NCBI GenBank assembly: GCA_963722655.1
Contig: CAVRNT010000001.1
Location: 162,612-226,611 of the forward strand
Length of the DNA: 64,000 bases
Source: an uncultured bacterium
Lineage (GTDB): Bacteria > Patescibacteriota > Minisyncoccia > UBA6257 > GWB1-50-10
Direction: 5' to 3'
The notes under the pieces are model-generated. The model worked only from the letters and a program-made list of their open reading frames with translations. It was not told where the DNA came from and searched no databases. A program made the position numbers and the translations under genes. The number at the start of each line of letters is the position of its first letter. The first letter of the stretch is position 1. Of this stretch, positions 49,065 through 59,355 are shown in pieces.

Positions 49065-50510
49065 ATGAACTTTGAAGAACTGACGATAAAAAAGGTCCGC
49101 GATGGTCTGACGAAGAAAACATTCTCCGCCGCCGAAGTTGCGGGGGAGTATTTGGAGCGGATCAAGGAAAAGGATGGCGATATCGGCGCCTATCTCTCAG
49201 TTTTTGATGAGCGGGCGCTCAAGACGGCCGCGGATGTGGACGAGCGGCGCGTCGCGGGCGAAAAATTGCCGCCCTTGGCAGGCGTGCCGGTGGCCTTGAA
49301 GGACAATCTGCTCGTCGCGGGGACGCGGGCGACGTCCGCTTCCAAAATTCTTGAGCATTACGTTTCTTCTTACGACGCGACGGTCGTGCGCAAGCTCGAG
49401 AACGCCGGTGCGGTGGTCATCGGTAAAACGAACATGGATGAGTTCGCGATGGGCTCCTCGACCGAGAACTCCGGTTTCCATCCGACGAAAAATCCTCACG
49501 ATCAAAGCCGCGTGCCCGGGGGTTCCTCCGGCGGCTCGGCCGCGGCGGTCGCCGCGGATACGGCCCTCGGCGCTTTCGGTTCGGATACCGGCGGGTCCAT
49601 CCGTCAGCCGGCGGCCTTCTGCGGCGTCGTCGGCTTCAAGCCGACCTACGGTGCGGTCTCGCGCTTCGGTTTGATGGCGATGTCCTCCAGCTTGGACCAG
49701 ATCGGGCCTTTTGCGAAGACCGTCGAGGACGCCGAGGCCCTCTTCGATGTCATCCGCGGTCGGGACGAGTTCGATGCAACGAGCGCGGACCTGCCGGAGC
49801 GCGAGCCGCTCGCGCGGGAGGCGCTCAAGGGATTGCGCGTCGGATTACCGAAGGAATACTTCTACACCGAAGGTTTGAGCGCCGAGGTCCAGCGCGGCGT
49901 CGATGAGGCGATCGATAAGTTCAAGAAGCTCGGCTTGAAGTTCAAGGAGATCAGTTTGCCCCACACCCGCTACGCCCTCTCGACCTACTACATCGTGATG
50001 CCGGCCGAGGTCTCGGCCAACCTCGCCCGCTTCGACGGCGTACGTTACCCAGGCCTGCCGCAAGTGAATGACAGCGCTGGTTCTTTGAAGGAGCTCTACT
50101 TCAAGACGCGCGGCGCGGGTTTTGGGACCGAAGTGCGCCGGCGCATCTTGCTCGGCACCTTCGTCCTCTCCGCCGGTTATTACGACGCTTATTATGCCAA
50201 GGCCCAGAAGGTGCGGCGTTTGATCAGCGAGGATTTCGAGAAGGCCTGGAACGAGGTGGACGCGATATTGACCCCGGTCACGCCCACGACCGCCTTCAAG
50301 TTCGGCGAGAAGACCGGCGACCCGCTCCAAATGTACCTATCGGACGTTTTCACCATCCCGGCCAACCTCGCGGGACTGCCGGCGCTTTCAATACCGATCA
50401 AGAAATATCCACTGGGTGGGAAAGAATTGCCGGTCGGATTCCAACTTATGGGTCCACGCCTCGCCGACAAGCTTATCCTCCATATCGGGAAGTTTTACGA
50501 GCAGGCGTAG
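49065..50510 (+). CDS. gatA: Asp/Glu-tRNA amidotransferase subunit A
   Basis: GKTNMDEFAMGSS, GGSSGGSA, GSDTGGSIRQP. Confidence 0.97.
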   Translation: MNFEELTIKKVRDGLTKKTFSAAEVAGEYLERIKEKDGDIGAYLSVFDERALKTAADVDERRVAGEKLPPLAGVPVALKDNLLVAGTRATSASKILEHYVSSYDATVVRKLENAGAVVIGKTNMDEFAMGSSTENSGFHPTKNPHDQSRVPGGSSGGSAAAVAADTALGAFGSDTGGSIRQPAAFCGVVGFKPTYGAVSRFGLMAMSSSLDQIGPFAKTVEDAEALFDVIRGRDEFDATSADLPEREPLAREALKGLRVGLPKEYFYTEGLSAEVQRGVDEAIDKFKKLGLKFKEISLPHTRYALSTYYIVMPAEVSANLARFDGVRYPGLPQVNDSAGSLKELYFKTRGAGFGTEVRRRILLGTFVLSAGYYDAYYAKAQKVRRLISEDFEKAWNEVDAILTPVTPTTAFKFGEKTGDPLQMYLSDVFTIPANLAGLPALSIPIKKYPLGGKELPVGFQLMGPRLADKLILHIGKFYEQA

Positions 50511-50548
50511 CTCATCGGAAAACAAAACCGCCATTTAGGCGGTTCTTG

Positions 50549-50623
50549 CGCTCGCGACGGGATTTGAACCCGTGATCTTCCCCGTGACAGGGGGACGTGT
50601 TAACCAGGCTACACCACACGAGC
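50549..50623 (-). tRNA. tRNA-Asp(GTC)
   Basis: tcccc-CT-GTC-AC-gggga. Confidence 0.92.
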
Positions 50624-50799
50624 AGGACCTACTCAGGTTAATTGATGTTAAAGTATTTTTCAAATACGGCAACTTGTTGCGGCTACCCGCAACCAGAAGA
50701 GAGGTCGGTGGAAGGCGGAAGCCGTCCTCCGTATTGGAAAAGATTAGAAACCGAGGGTTTCTAAAACGCAGAAAAACTGCGTAAGCAGTTTTTCAAGTT

Positions 50800-50874
<75 letters not shown>

Positions 50875-50935
50875 CCGACATAATATCAGGAAATTTGAAA
50901 AAAAGCAAAGTAAATCCTATAATCTTTTCAAATAG

Positions 50936-51009
50936 GGCTGGGTAGCTCAGTTGGTAAGAGCGTGGCACTCATAACGCCAAGGTCGTGGGTCCGACTCCCA
51001 CCCCAGCCA
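50936..51009 (+). tRNA. tRNA-Met(CAT), elongator (Ile2 not excluded)
   Basis: ggctggg/cccagcc acceptor; CT-CAT-AA. Confidence 0.85.
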
Positions 51010-51022
51010 CTAAAGAAATTTT

Positions 51023-52213
51023 ATGCAGGTCTATCGTGACGAATATTCGAAAAAAGGAGCACCCACGGGAGGGGACATCGTAGGATATAAGGATCCTGCG
51101 GAGTTAGAGGCACTCTCCGTATTCAAAAAGCGCGACGATTTTGAGGCAATGAGGATACAGCGCCTACTGGAATTGCCAGACCTTACCCGTAAGGAAAACT
51201 CTCCGGTAAAATTTGTCATCGACCAGATTTTAAAGATTCCCGAATTCCGTGGATTCGATGTTTTAAAGATACCTGAGACGGTCAGCGTGGAAACAGGATT
51301 TGACCTATTAAATGTTCCTGCCGATCATCCAAGTCGCCAGTCGACAGATTCTTATTTTGTCGACCGGAACAGAGTACTAAGGACCCAGACGACGGCCATG
51401 TGGCCTTATTACCTCAGTGATCCTGAAATCAGAACTTGTCTGCAAACCAGAGGATATTTAGGGGCCCTTTGTTATGGGAAGGTCTATAGGAAGGACGAAA
51501 TCGATAGGAGTCATTTCCCGGTGTTTCACCAAATCGACGGATTGTATATCAGCAGGCGGAACGACAAAAAAATTACATTGGAGACATTACAGGGCGTCCT
51601 CTCCGATATTATTAAGTCCGTTTTCGGAGCCAATATAGAATTTAGGTTTTTGGAGGATACCTTTCCGTTCACGCATCCTAGCACCCAAGTGGAAATCAAG
51701 CGCGGCGAGGGTTGGCTGGAAGTTGTCGGTGGGGGTCTGGTGCACGACAATGTTTTGAAAAACCTCAATCTCGACCCGGGAATTTATAACGGCTGGGCTT
51801 TTGGCTTTGGCTTGGAGCGGCTGGCGATGATTAAAAATAACATTCCGGACATTCGCATTCTATGGTCAACCGATCCACGTATAGTTAAGCAGTTCGTGGG
51901 TATAGATAGTCAATTCAAGGAGGTGAGCAAATACCCGGCCATCATGCGCGATATTTCCTTCGTCGTCGATTCCTCTTTCGTCCCCAACGACTATTTTGAC
52001 CTCATCCGCGACATCGGCGGCGATCTGGTGGAGGAGGTTTCCTTGCTGGATAAGTACGAGAACGCGGCGAAGTTCGGTGCAGGGAAAGTGAGCTATACCT
52101 ACCGTATCGTCTATCGCTCGACCGACCGGACGCTCAAGACCGAAGAAATCAATCCCATCCAGGACAAAATAGTGGAAGAGACGAAGAAACAGTTCAAGGC
52201 GGAGGTTAGATAA
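51023..52213 (+). CDS. Single-chain (organelle-type) phenylalanine--tRNA ligase: alpha catalytic domain + FDX anticodon-binding domain
   Basis: HPSRQSTDSY, YRKDEIDRSHFPVFHQ, FPFTHPS, GWAFGFGLERLAM, then SKYPAIMRDISF..YRSTDRTL. Confidence 0.9.
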   Translation: MQVYRDEYSKKGAPTGGDIVGYKDPAELEALSVFKKRDDFEAMRIQRLLELPDLTRKENSPVKFVIDQILKIPEFRGFDVLKIPETVSVETGFDLLNVPADHPSRQSTDSYFVDRNRVLRTQTTAMWPYYLSDPEIRTCLQTRGYLGALCYGKVYRKDEIDRSHFPVFHQIDGLYISRRNDKKITLETLQGVLSDIIKSVFGANIEFRFLEDTFPFTHPSTQVEIKRGEGWLEVVGGGLVHDNVLKNLNLDPGIYNGWAFGFGLERLAMIKNNIPDIRILWSTDPRIVKQFVGIDSQFKEVSKYPAIMRDISFVVDSSFVPNDYFDLIRDIGGDLVEEVSLLDKYENAAKFGAGKVSYTYRIVYRSTDRTLKTEEINPIQDKIVEETKKQFKAEVR

Positions 52214-54346
52214 CTATTCCGGGTGGACTTGGCTCGTGAACCGAGCCATCTCTTTTTGAAGCAGAGGGTGGGATTTTAAATGACGGTCCTCCTTGAGGAT
52301 TGCCCAAGCCTCCTCGCGCGCCTCCTTCACGAGCTCTGGGTTCTGAATGGCCTTCATCGCGAGGTCCGGCATCCCGGTCTGGGCGTTGCCCAGAAATTCA
52401 CCGGGTCCGCGCATCTTGAGGTCCCGCTCGGCGAGCTCGAAACCGTTTTTAGCCTCAACGATCGCCTTAATGCGCTCCTTCACTGTTTTCGATGAGGCGT
52501 CGGAGAAGAGGAAACAGTACGACTGATACTCGCCCCGGCCGACCCGGCCGCGGAACTGGTAAAGTTGGGCGAGGCCGAATCGATCCGCACCCTCGATGAG
52601 CATAATGGTCGCGTTCGGCACGTCGACGCCGACCTCAATGACGGCCGTCGTGACCAGAATGTCCGTTTTCCCGTCGACGAAATCACGCATCGTCCTTTCC
52701 TTCTCCGTCGCTTTTAGGCGGCCGTGAAGCATTGCGATCTTGAGGTCGGGGAATATCTTCTTCTTCAACTTTTCATGCTCTTCCTTGACCGACTTGAGTT
52801 CCAGCTTCTGGATCTCCGCCGGCGTCTCTTCCGTGGTCGGCTCGATGCGGGGACAGACGACAAAGACCTGGCGGCCGGATTTGATCTCCTCGCGGATGAA
52901 GGCGTAGGTCTTGGTCCGCTCCGCCGGCGCGACGGCCTTGGTGACGATCGTCTTGCGGCCCTTTGGCATCTCGGAGACGAGCGAGATGTCCAGGTCGCCG
53001 AAGAGCGTGAGGGAGAGCGTGCGGGGAATGGGAGTGGCAGACATCGAAAGGAAATGCGGGATCTCTTGCCTCTTGTCACTCATCTCTTGTCGCGTCAATT
53101 GGGCGCGCTGCTTCACGCCGAAACGATGCTGCTCGTCGACGATCACCAGAGCCAAATCGTTGAAAGTTATGCCTTTCTGAATGAGGGCTTGCGTGCCGAT
53201 TGCGACCTTCACCCGGCTGGAGCCGATCTCAGTGAGTGCTTTCTCTTTGGTTATAGTGCTTTCCAAGTTGTGGCCGTAAAAGAGACGCCGGTCGGACGAA
53301 GTGACGAGCGCCACACCGCCCTCGAACTCCGGGAAGAACTTCCGGAAGGTCAGGTAATGCTGGCGGGCGAGGATCTCGGTCGGCGCCATCAAGGTCGTCT
53401 GGAGACCCTGGTGGGCGGAGGAAAGCGCCGCGATTGCGGCGATGACCGTCTTCCCAGAACCAACGTCCCCTTGGAGCAGGCGGTTCATCGGCCGGACCGC
53501 CTCCATATCCTTCAAGATCTCCCAGAGCGCCTGTTTCTGTGAGCTCGTGAGCTCGAAAGGCAAATGTCCGAGCAGGTCCTTAATGAACGGCAGATCGATC
53601 TTTATCTCCAGCGCCTTTTGCTCGGCCAAGGCGATCTTCTGCTCCAGGTTCCAGAGCTGGAGGCAAAAGAGGTCGTTGAAGGCGAAGCGTTTTTTGGCGC
53701 GGAGTGCCTCCTCGATCGTCGAGGGGAAATGGATTTGCCGCAAAGCGGCGTTCAACTCCGGCAGGTCGTTCTTGGTGAGAATCGCGGCGGGGATCGGGTC
53801 GGGGAGCGCCCTCGAATCATCTAAGATCGGTTTCACGATGAATCGCAGGCCCTTGGAGGTGAGGCCGCGGGTCTCGGGATAGACCGGGACGATGCGGGCG
53901 GTGTGTTTGGTTTCTTGGAACTCACTCGTCATCTCATAGGTCGGGCTCGCAAGGTGGATTTCGCCGCCGTGGGAGGTCGCTACCTTTCCGGAGAAGTTGA
54001 ATGCCCGGCCGGGCTGGAGGATGTTGCGGACGTAGGGCTGATTGAACCAGACGGCGCGGATGGAACCGGAATCGTCAGAAATGATGGCCTCCACAATGTA
54101 GAGGTTCTTGCGGAAAGCGCGCCGGCCCTCGATCTCATCCACCGTTCCTTGGACCGTCGCCTCTTGGTTGGGGATGAGGTCGGCGATCTTGTAGACCTGG
54201 GAAAAATCCTCGTACCGAGCGGGAAAATGGAAGAGAAGGTCACGTACGGTCAAGAGACCGAGGCGTTTGAGGCGCGGGGCGAAGCGCGCGACGTTGCGGA
54301 TCTCGGCGAGCGGCGTTTCGGGTGAAAGAGCGCCCATTTGCGCCAT
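52214..54346 (-). CDS. recG: ATP-dependent DNA helicase RecG
   Basis: MNRLLQGDVGSGKT, DEQHRFGV, SATPIPR, QFRGRVGRG. Confidence 0.97.
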   Translation of the reverse strand: MAQMGALSPETPLAEIRNVARFAPRLKRLGLLTVRDLLFHFPARYEDFSQVYKIADLIPNQEATVQGTVDEIEGRRAFRKNLYIVEAIISDDSGSIRAVWFNQPYVRNILQPGRAFNFSGKVATSHGGEIHLASPTYEMTSEFQETKHTARIVPVYPETRGLTSKGLRFIVKPILDDSRALPDPIPAAILTKNDLPELNAALRQIHFPSTIEEALRAKKRFAFNDLFCLQLWNLEQKIALAEQKALEIKIDLPFIKDLLGHLPFELTSSQKQALWEILKDMEAVRPMNRLLQGDVGSGKTVIAAIAALSSAHQGLQTTLMAPTEILARQHYLTFRKFFPEFEGGVALVTSSDRRLFYGHNLESTITKEKALTEIGSSRVKVAIGTQALIQKGITFNDLALVIVDEQHRFGVKQRAQLTRQEMSDKRQEIPHFLSMSATPIPRTLSLTLFGDLDISLVSEMPKGRKTIVTKAVAPAERTKTYAFIREEIKSGRQVFVVCPRIEPTTEETPAEIQKLELKSVKEEHEKLKKKIFPDLKIAMLHGRLKATEKERTMRDFVDGKTDILVTTAVIEVGVDVPNATIMLIEGADRFGLAQLYQFRGRVGRGEYQSYCFLFSDASSKTVKERIKAIVEAKNGFELAERDLKMRGPGEFLGNAQTGMPDLAMKAIQNPELVKEAREEAWAILKEDRHLKSHPLLQKEMARFTSQVHPE

Positions 54347-54385
54347 ATTCTAGTGCATTTTGGCGGATTTTAAAAGTTTATTTTG

Positions 54386-54458
54386 TCCACCCCCCGGGAA
54401 TCGAACCCGGAACCGTCTCCTTAAGAGGGAGCTGCTCTGCCAATTGAGCTAGAGGTGG
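54386..54458 (-). tRNA. tRNA-Lys(CTT)
   Basis: ctcc-CT-CTT-AA-ggag; GTTCGATTC. Confidence 0.88.
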
Positions 54459-54511
54459 GTGGCGTATTTATACTATCCGAAATGCCACTGTCTTTTCAAC
54501 TTTAATCAACT

Positions 54512-54832
54512 TTAACTGGCTTGCCAAAGAATTAGCGTTATGGCTATTACGCCGAGGATCATACCGACAACTTCCATCGTCGAAACCTTTTCGTGGTAAA
54601 GAAATACTCCCAGTCCGACGGCGATGACGGCCGAGGCGACGGAAAATATCATCGCGCCGCGAGCGAGACCGGAGCCGTCCTTAAGGGCGAAAAGCCAGAA
54701 AACGTTCGCGATAATGTAACCCAGGATCGCCCCGACGAATCGTATAGCCAAGCCATGGAGCGCCCATTCTTTTGAAAGCACATCCGCAAGCAATTCGAAG
54801 GTAATAAGTAAGCTTAAGGGTATGATCCACAT
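54512..54832 (-). CDS. SMR/DMT-like 4-TM small membrane protein
   Basis: 106 aa, Glu in TM1, FLYHEKVS..VGMILG. Confidence 0.72.
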   Translation of the reverse strand: MWIIPLSLLITFELLADVLSKEWALHGLAIRFVGAILGYIIANVFWLFALKDGSGLARGAMIFSVASAVIAVGLGVFLYHEKVSTMEVVGMILGVIAITLILWQAS

Positions 54833-55125
54833 ATTCTGTGCCCTTCAGAGGTCTCCACACTTCGTGGGCGAGACCCCACAAGCGTTCTTTGGGATCCCCT
54901 TCACTTTTCCCGCGAAGCACCTCGGTCGCGGACTGTGCAGATAGTGTAATGAGTCCTGGATGTTAATTCAAGAAAACAAAGCACCTCGGTCTGGGTAAAT
55001 GAGACAAACAAGAATTCCCAGGCCTACTTTTTAGTGTCTCATTCATTACCGTCAAATATGGGTCAGCCTTCCACTCGCGGAGGTGAAGAGATTGTCATAG
55101 CCGTATTTGGGGTTATATTTAAGGT

Positions 55126-55737
55126 ATGAACGAGGGAGTCGAGGGCGGATGGAGTTCAGTCGGCAATTGGCTGCTTGAACAGAATAGGAGGTTCTCGCTT
55201 TTCCAAACGGGCCGATTAAGCAGGCTTGAGCTTCTTAGAAATTACGAAATATCATCCCTCTTTCCCTGGGGTCTTATTCTGCTCATATTTCTCGGCTCGT
55301 GGGCGGTTGGCGGCGATACAAACTGGCAGCAGATGATTGGGACATCCGGCTTTGTGATTATCACGATCATCACCATCGTGGTTTACGTTGGTGCCGGACT
55401 TATCGGAGTATTCGCCGCAATCCAGCGATTTCACGATTTAGGCAAGTCAGGATGGCGAACCCTACTGCTGCTTATTCCGTTCGCGGTTCTCACTTACCCA
55501 ACTAGAGAGACTCCGAAAATATTTTTAGGGTTAAAGATTAACCCGGATGGTTCATTCTTCGAGGTGTATAACGGGCCAGGGAGATATATAAAGAAATTAG
55601 TTGTGGGACGTAAAGAACCGTATAACCGTTTGCATATTCTATCCTTAAAAAAGTTAGCCGAAATCTCGAGCAAAATACCTGCACATGAAAAAGTAAAAAC
55701 AAGAAAAGGAAAACGACCACTCACCTTTCCTCTATGA
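55126..55737 (+). CDS. Probable chimeric ORF: DUF805-like membrane N-terminus joined to an unrelated C-terminal fragment
   Basis: GRLSR..IQRFHDLGKSGW..LLLIPF (DUF805-like) switches abruptly to basic ..FFEVYNGPG..LSLKKL. Confidence 0.5.
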   Translation: MNEGVEGGWSSVGNWLLEQNRRFSLFQTGRLSRLELLRNYEISSLFPWGLILLIFLGSWAVGGDTNWQQMIGTSGFVIITIITIVVYVGAGLIGVFAAIQRFHDLGKSGWRTLLLLIPFAVLTYPTRETPKIFLGLKINPDGSFFEVYNGPGRYIKKLVVGRKEPYNRLHILSLKKLAEISSKIPAHEKVKTRKGKRPLTFPL

Positions 55738-56291
55738 ATTTTCTAGATTTAAAATTCGAAATTGGGTTCTGGCATCCGTTTGGTCCGCATGGGGGAGAAA
55801 CCCCTGAAGAGATTATAAAAAGAAAACGGGGCGAGATTGGGAGAAACGGTTGGACTCTCTGGTCATTTCAATTCAGGAATACTCTCGGGCCCTGGTATCA
55901 GGAGATTGAGAAAATAGACCCAGGGAACGTCTTAGTCTTTTGCTCCGAAGGAAAAGGCGCGCGTGATCCCATAGGAGAGCGCAAGTATTGTAGCTATTAC
56001 ATACCCGTGGGAGAAGTTGCGCCTAGGAAGATTCCAATGGGAATACAAATCCCTCATCCTATGGGGAAGAAGACTAGGGGTTCCGCATTCATTGTTAAAA
56101 ACATTATTTGCCCCGCTGTTTACGAAGCGACGCCAATCGTATGGTTAAAGGGTAGCGGGTGGCAAACCGCACCGCTACCAACCCGGCCTGAGTATCTTAT
56201 AAAACCAGGGCAAGGTCAGCCCATGAGGAGGTTCCGGGCAGTACTTGAGCTTAAATGGCCATATCTTGCTGAGGTTGGTATTGCACATTAA
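55734..56291 (+). CDS. Hypothetical protein
   Basis: 185 aa; ATGA overlap with upstream ORF; GPHGGETPEEIIKRKRGEI..GWTLWSF. Confidence 0.7.
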   Translation: MNFLDLKFEIGFWHPFGPHGGETPEEIIKRKRGEIGRNGWTLWSFQFRNTLGPWYQEIEKIDPGNVLVFCSEGKGARDPIGERKYCSYYIPVGEVAPRKIPMGIQIPHPMGKKTRGSAFIVKNIICPAVYEATPIVWLKGSGWQTAPLPTRPEYLIKPGQGQPMRRFRAVLELKWPYLAEVGIAH

Positions 56292-56419
56292 GGCAATGTT
56301 TTCTTAATGCCTCATTTTCTATCAAGTATTTATTGGTTTGCCACATAGTCACCATGAATCCATCTAGACCCCCGAACATGGCCGATGGTAAATACCGGGA
56401 GCTAGATAATCTTTTGCTA

Positions 56420-57043
56420 TTATAGGTATCTGATTTCTCTGAGCTTTTCTAATAATTCCTTATCTGTCAAAACCGTCGTTTCGATCCTCTTGAGTCTAGT
56501 AGCGACCGCCCTAAGAAATGGCCTAGCCTCATTCCTCGTCTTGGGCTTAGCCCGTTCAATTTTTGTGATAACCCAATCTAAAACTCTTTTATCGCTGAAT
56601 ACTTTATAGGTGAGAATCTCTCTCCATAGCGCCCATAAACCAATTTTCTGTAATTTTTTCAGGGGGTTTTTGGCTAAAGTTGACGCTATCCTGAAATCAT
56701 TTCTTGTCTTGCTAATTTTGCTCCTGGGCATGTCCTTGCCTATAAGCGATGATCGTCCATAGAGTTGATTCCAAAAAATATTCTCTTCCTCAGAAGAAAC
56801 GCTGTTTTTCTCTAAAAACTTGTTGATTTTTGTACCTATAAGATACCACGCCCCTAGCATATCGTATTTGCGAGCATGGGGCGAAAGCATATTTTCTTTC
56901 ACTAAAATTCTCTCGATTTCTTTTATCTCTTTTCCTAACCTAGCGTCAAAACGATCCGCTTCCTTTATGTCTCGAGATGTAAGAATTCTTTTCGAACTTT
57001 TATATCCTTGGGATTTATCCGCCTTCTTGATTTTTATGGTCAT
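56420..57043 (-). CDS. Hypothetical basic helical protein
   Basis: ATG at 57043 overlaps the TGA of the upstream ATPase gene. Confidence 0.7.
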   Translation of the reverse strand: MTIKIKKADKSQGYKSSKRILTSRDIKEADRFDARLGKEIKEIERILVKENMLSPHARKYDMLGAWYLIGTKINKFLEKNSVSSEEENIFWNQLYGRSSLIGKDMPRSKISKTRNDFRIASTLAKNPLKKLQKIGLWALWREILTYKVFSDKRVLDWVITKIERAKPKTRNEARPFLRAVATRLKRIETTVLTDKELLEKLREIRYL

Positions 57044-59061
57044 TTTTGCTTTTTGAGATCCCAAATGAATTCACTATAGCGCCTCAGGAATAACTGCCAC
57101 ACACCCGACACATCTTTTGATTTAACAAGATGACTAAATTCTTGGTCACTGTCGTCATCGTCGGCGATTGATTCTTCTAGTTTGATCTGAAAGGCAATGA
57201 ATATTGCTTGCTCCATTAGATATTCCGTCAGTTTTTCGAGATCACTAAGGAGTGGCTTGATACGCGGGTGAAGTTCATTGTAAAAAATGACGTGACCATC
57301 TCCCTCCGGCACCCATTCGAGTAAATAGTTCTTGTCGTCCCGCTCAACGCCCCGAAAATCGAACGGGCCTGATTCTGGTGGGTCTACCTCTACATAAAAT
57401 TTTTGATTTATCCGGTCGTACAAAATAGTGCCCTTCTCAATTTTTTTGCCGTCAGACAAAACAAGATCTTTTTTGTCTTCGAGCGAGACCATCCTTGCTC
57501 TCAATGAGTATCCGCCGGGGGTATATTTCTTGGATATCAAAATTGACCCTGCTCCTATTTCCGGCCCTCTTCCAGGGCGAAGATTTATTTCTTTTTCCTG
57601 CAAGAGTTCGGTTTTGCCTTCCGGGGAAACGACGAAAACGCGTACTAGGATATTTATATCTTCATTGATATCACTAATCGGTATCACATATGTCCCGTCA
57701 ATTTTCTCACCATAATTTACCCGCTTATTATCTCTTGGAAACTCTATGTCCGGAATCGACAGTCTCAATGGCTCCTTCTCCCTCCGAAAATGATCTTCTC
57801 GCTTTTTCTTTCCTATGTGCTTTCCAAACAATCCAAGCTTCTTAAATAATGGCGTTAAAAGCTTCAGTGCCTCAGCCTCGGCGTCTTTTTGGATTTTGTT
57901 CTTTTTTGACTGCTCCGACTCTATGATTTTTAATTCCTTAGCAAACTCTCTCGTTTTCGCTCTAAGATAATCTCTTAAGTATTTTGCTGGTTTCTGGGTC
58001 CAGCTAAAGTCGAAGTGCTCCGGCCCCTCGCATAGAATTTTCATTTCTTCCTCCAGTGGCTTGCCCTCCATTTCGAGCCATCCATAGATATCAACCATTC
58101 CCTTCTCATTAACAAGCTCATCCGCTCGAACCCTTTCGATCGTCATCCCTCCACGTTGTATGCCAATACCCCTCACCGACTCAGGAAGATTGAGATTGGG
58201 AGCATATCTCAGGACAAGGCGCTTCGTTTTATATAACGTACTTTCCTTGATGGCTTCTGGCTTGAACTCTAAACCCTCGACTCCCTTTACACTATCCTCA
58301 TACCAATAAGGAGTGCTTGCATATTTTTTACCATGTCCGTCATCAACAAAGATTTTTGATTCATATTTTTTAATAGTTTCCCAGCGCGAGCTGCTCACAA
58401 AGGAAAGCATTTGTCCTGTTTTGATAGCTTCGATCACGGACTGATCGGGATTAGTGATAAAGATCCTTGTTCCGCATGATACAAGGGGGGTTATTCCACG
58501 ATTAACACTCTCCTTAAATTCCTCTTTACCCTCTTGATCGTAATGTACCCTGAACTTGATTTGCTTGTCGCTATCCAAATAGATTTCCCCAAAGACATAC
58601 GAATTATCCGATGATCTCACAGAATCAAAAAACACTCTCCTTTTTTTTGAAGCGACTAGAAATAGTGTTTTGCCCCGTCCTCTGTTGCCCCCCTCCTCTC
58701 CTGATTTATCACTCCAATTTGAATTCAGAAAATTCGCTAGATCTTCACGCTTATCAGCCCCACTAAGAAGAATTTTATCCAACTCGCTGTCGCTAAAAAA
58801 TTTCGTCCCATTTAAGCCGCTCGTTCCCTGATCGGAGATGCAAATGACCTGCCCCTCCTTGGTGCTCATCAATGAAAAACCACACTCCCAATTCTTGCCG
58901 TGTTTTTTGTCTATTCTTGCGTCCCAGCTATTTTGAATGGCGTCTTTCTGTAAACCATCGGCCAGCCAAAGCTCATGGCCTATCTTTGTCCTATAGCCGT
59001 CAGCCAGAGCTTCTATGGCTTTTTCATTATTTGTCCTCTGGGTATATATTTTTCGTTCCAT
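57040..59061 (-). CDS. GHKL (HATPase_c-like) ATPase-domain protein
   Basis: DAIQNSWDA (N box), ISDQGTSG (G1), GGNRGRGK (G2), GTRIFI. Confidence 0.78.
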   Translation of the reverse strand: MERKIYTQRTNNEKAIEALADGYRTKIGHELWLADGLQKDAIQNSWDARIDKKHGKNWECGFSLMSTKEGQVICISDQGTSGLNGTKFFSDSELDKILLSGADKREDLANFLNSNWSDKSGEEGGNRGRGKTLFLVASKKRRVFFDSVRSSDNSYVFGEIYLDSDKQIKFRVHYDQEGKEEFKESVNRGITPLVSCGTRIFITNPDQSVIEAIKTGQMLSFVSSSRWETIKKYESKIFVDDGHGKKYASTPYWYEDSVKGVEGLEFKPEAIKESTLYKTKRLVLRYAPNLNLPESVRGIGIQRGGMTIERVRADELVNEKGMVDIYGWLEMEGKPLEEEMKILCEGPEHFDFSWTQKPAKYLRDYLRAKTREFAKELKIIESEQSKKNKIQKDAEAEALKLLTPLFKKLGLFGKHIGKKKREDHFRREKEPLRLSIPDIEFPRDNKRVNYGEKIDGTYVIPISDINEDINILVRVFVVSPEGKTELLQEKEINLRPGRGPEIGAGSILISKKYTPGGYSLRARMVSLEDKKDLVLSDGKKIEKGTILYDRINQKFYVEVDPPESGPFDFRGVERDDKNYLLEWVPEGDGHVIFYNELHPRIKPLLSDLEKLTEYLMEQAIFIAFQIKLEESIADDDDSDQEFSHLVKSKDVSGVWQLFLRRYSEFIWDLKKQK

Positions 59062-59063
59062 TT

Positions 59064-59300
59064 TTACAATTTAAACTCCTTGCTCTTGGGGAAGTGAAAT
59101 TTTGATTTTATTTCACGACCCCGACGTTCAATTTCGGAAAAGATTTTTCCGACATCTTCCTCGGAATAGTCATACGCGCTCCTATTTGAACAATTACCCA
59201 AGACCTTAAGCTTTTGGAGAACAGCGTTGGTACGTTGGGTTGCTAACCTCTTGAAACGTTCCCTTTTTTCTTCGTTATTATTTTTCATATACTTAGTCAA
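59064..59300 (-). CDS. Small helical protein of a type often found ahead of restriction/defence genes (putative regulator)
   Basis: KRERFKRLA..RTN..LGNCSNRSAYDY.EEDV.KIF; start may be 59288. Confidence 0.7.
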   Translation of the reverse strand: MTKYMKNNNEEKRERFKRLATQRTNAVLQKLKVLGNCSNRSAYDYSEEDVGKIFSEIERRGREIKSKFHFPKSKEFKL

Positions 59301-59312
59301 TAACTATTATCC

Positions 59313-59355
59313 TTATAAGGGTACTCTACCCTTATAAAATAGTCAATACCCTTAT
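59313..59355 (-). promoter_or_regulatory. Operator-like perfect inverted repeat overlapping promoter
   Basis: ttataagggta-ctc-tacccttataa plus extra half-site tacccttat; TTGACT on - strand at 59341-59346. Confidence 0.65.
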
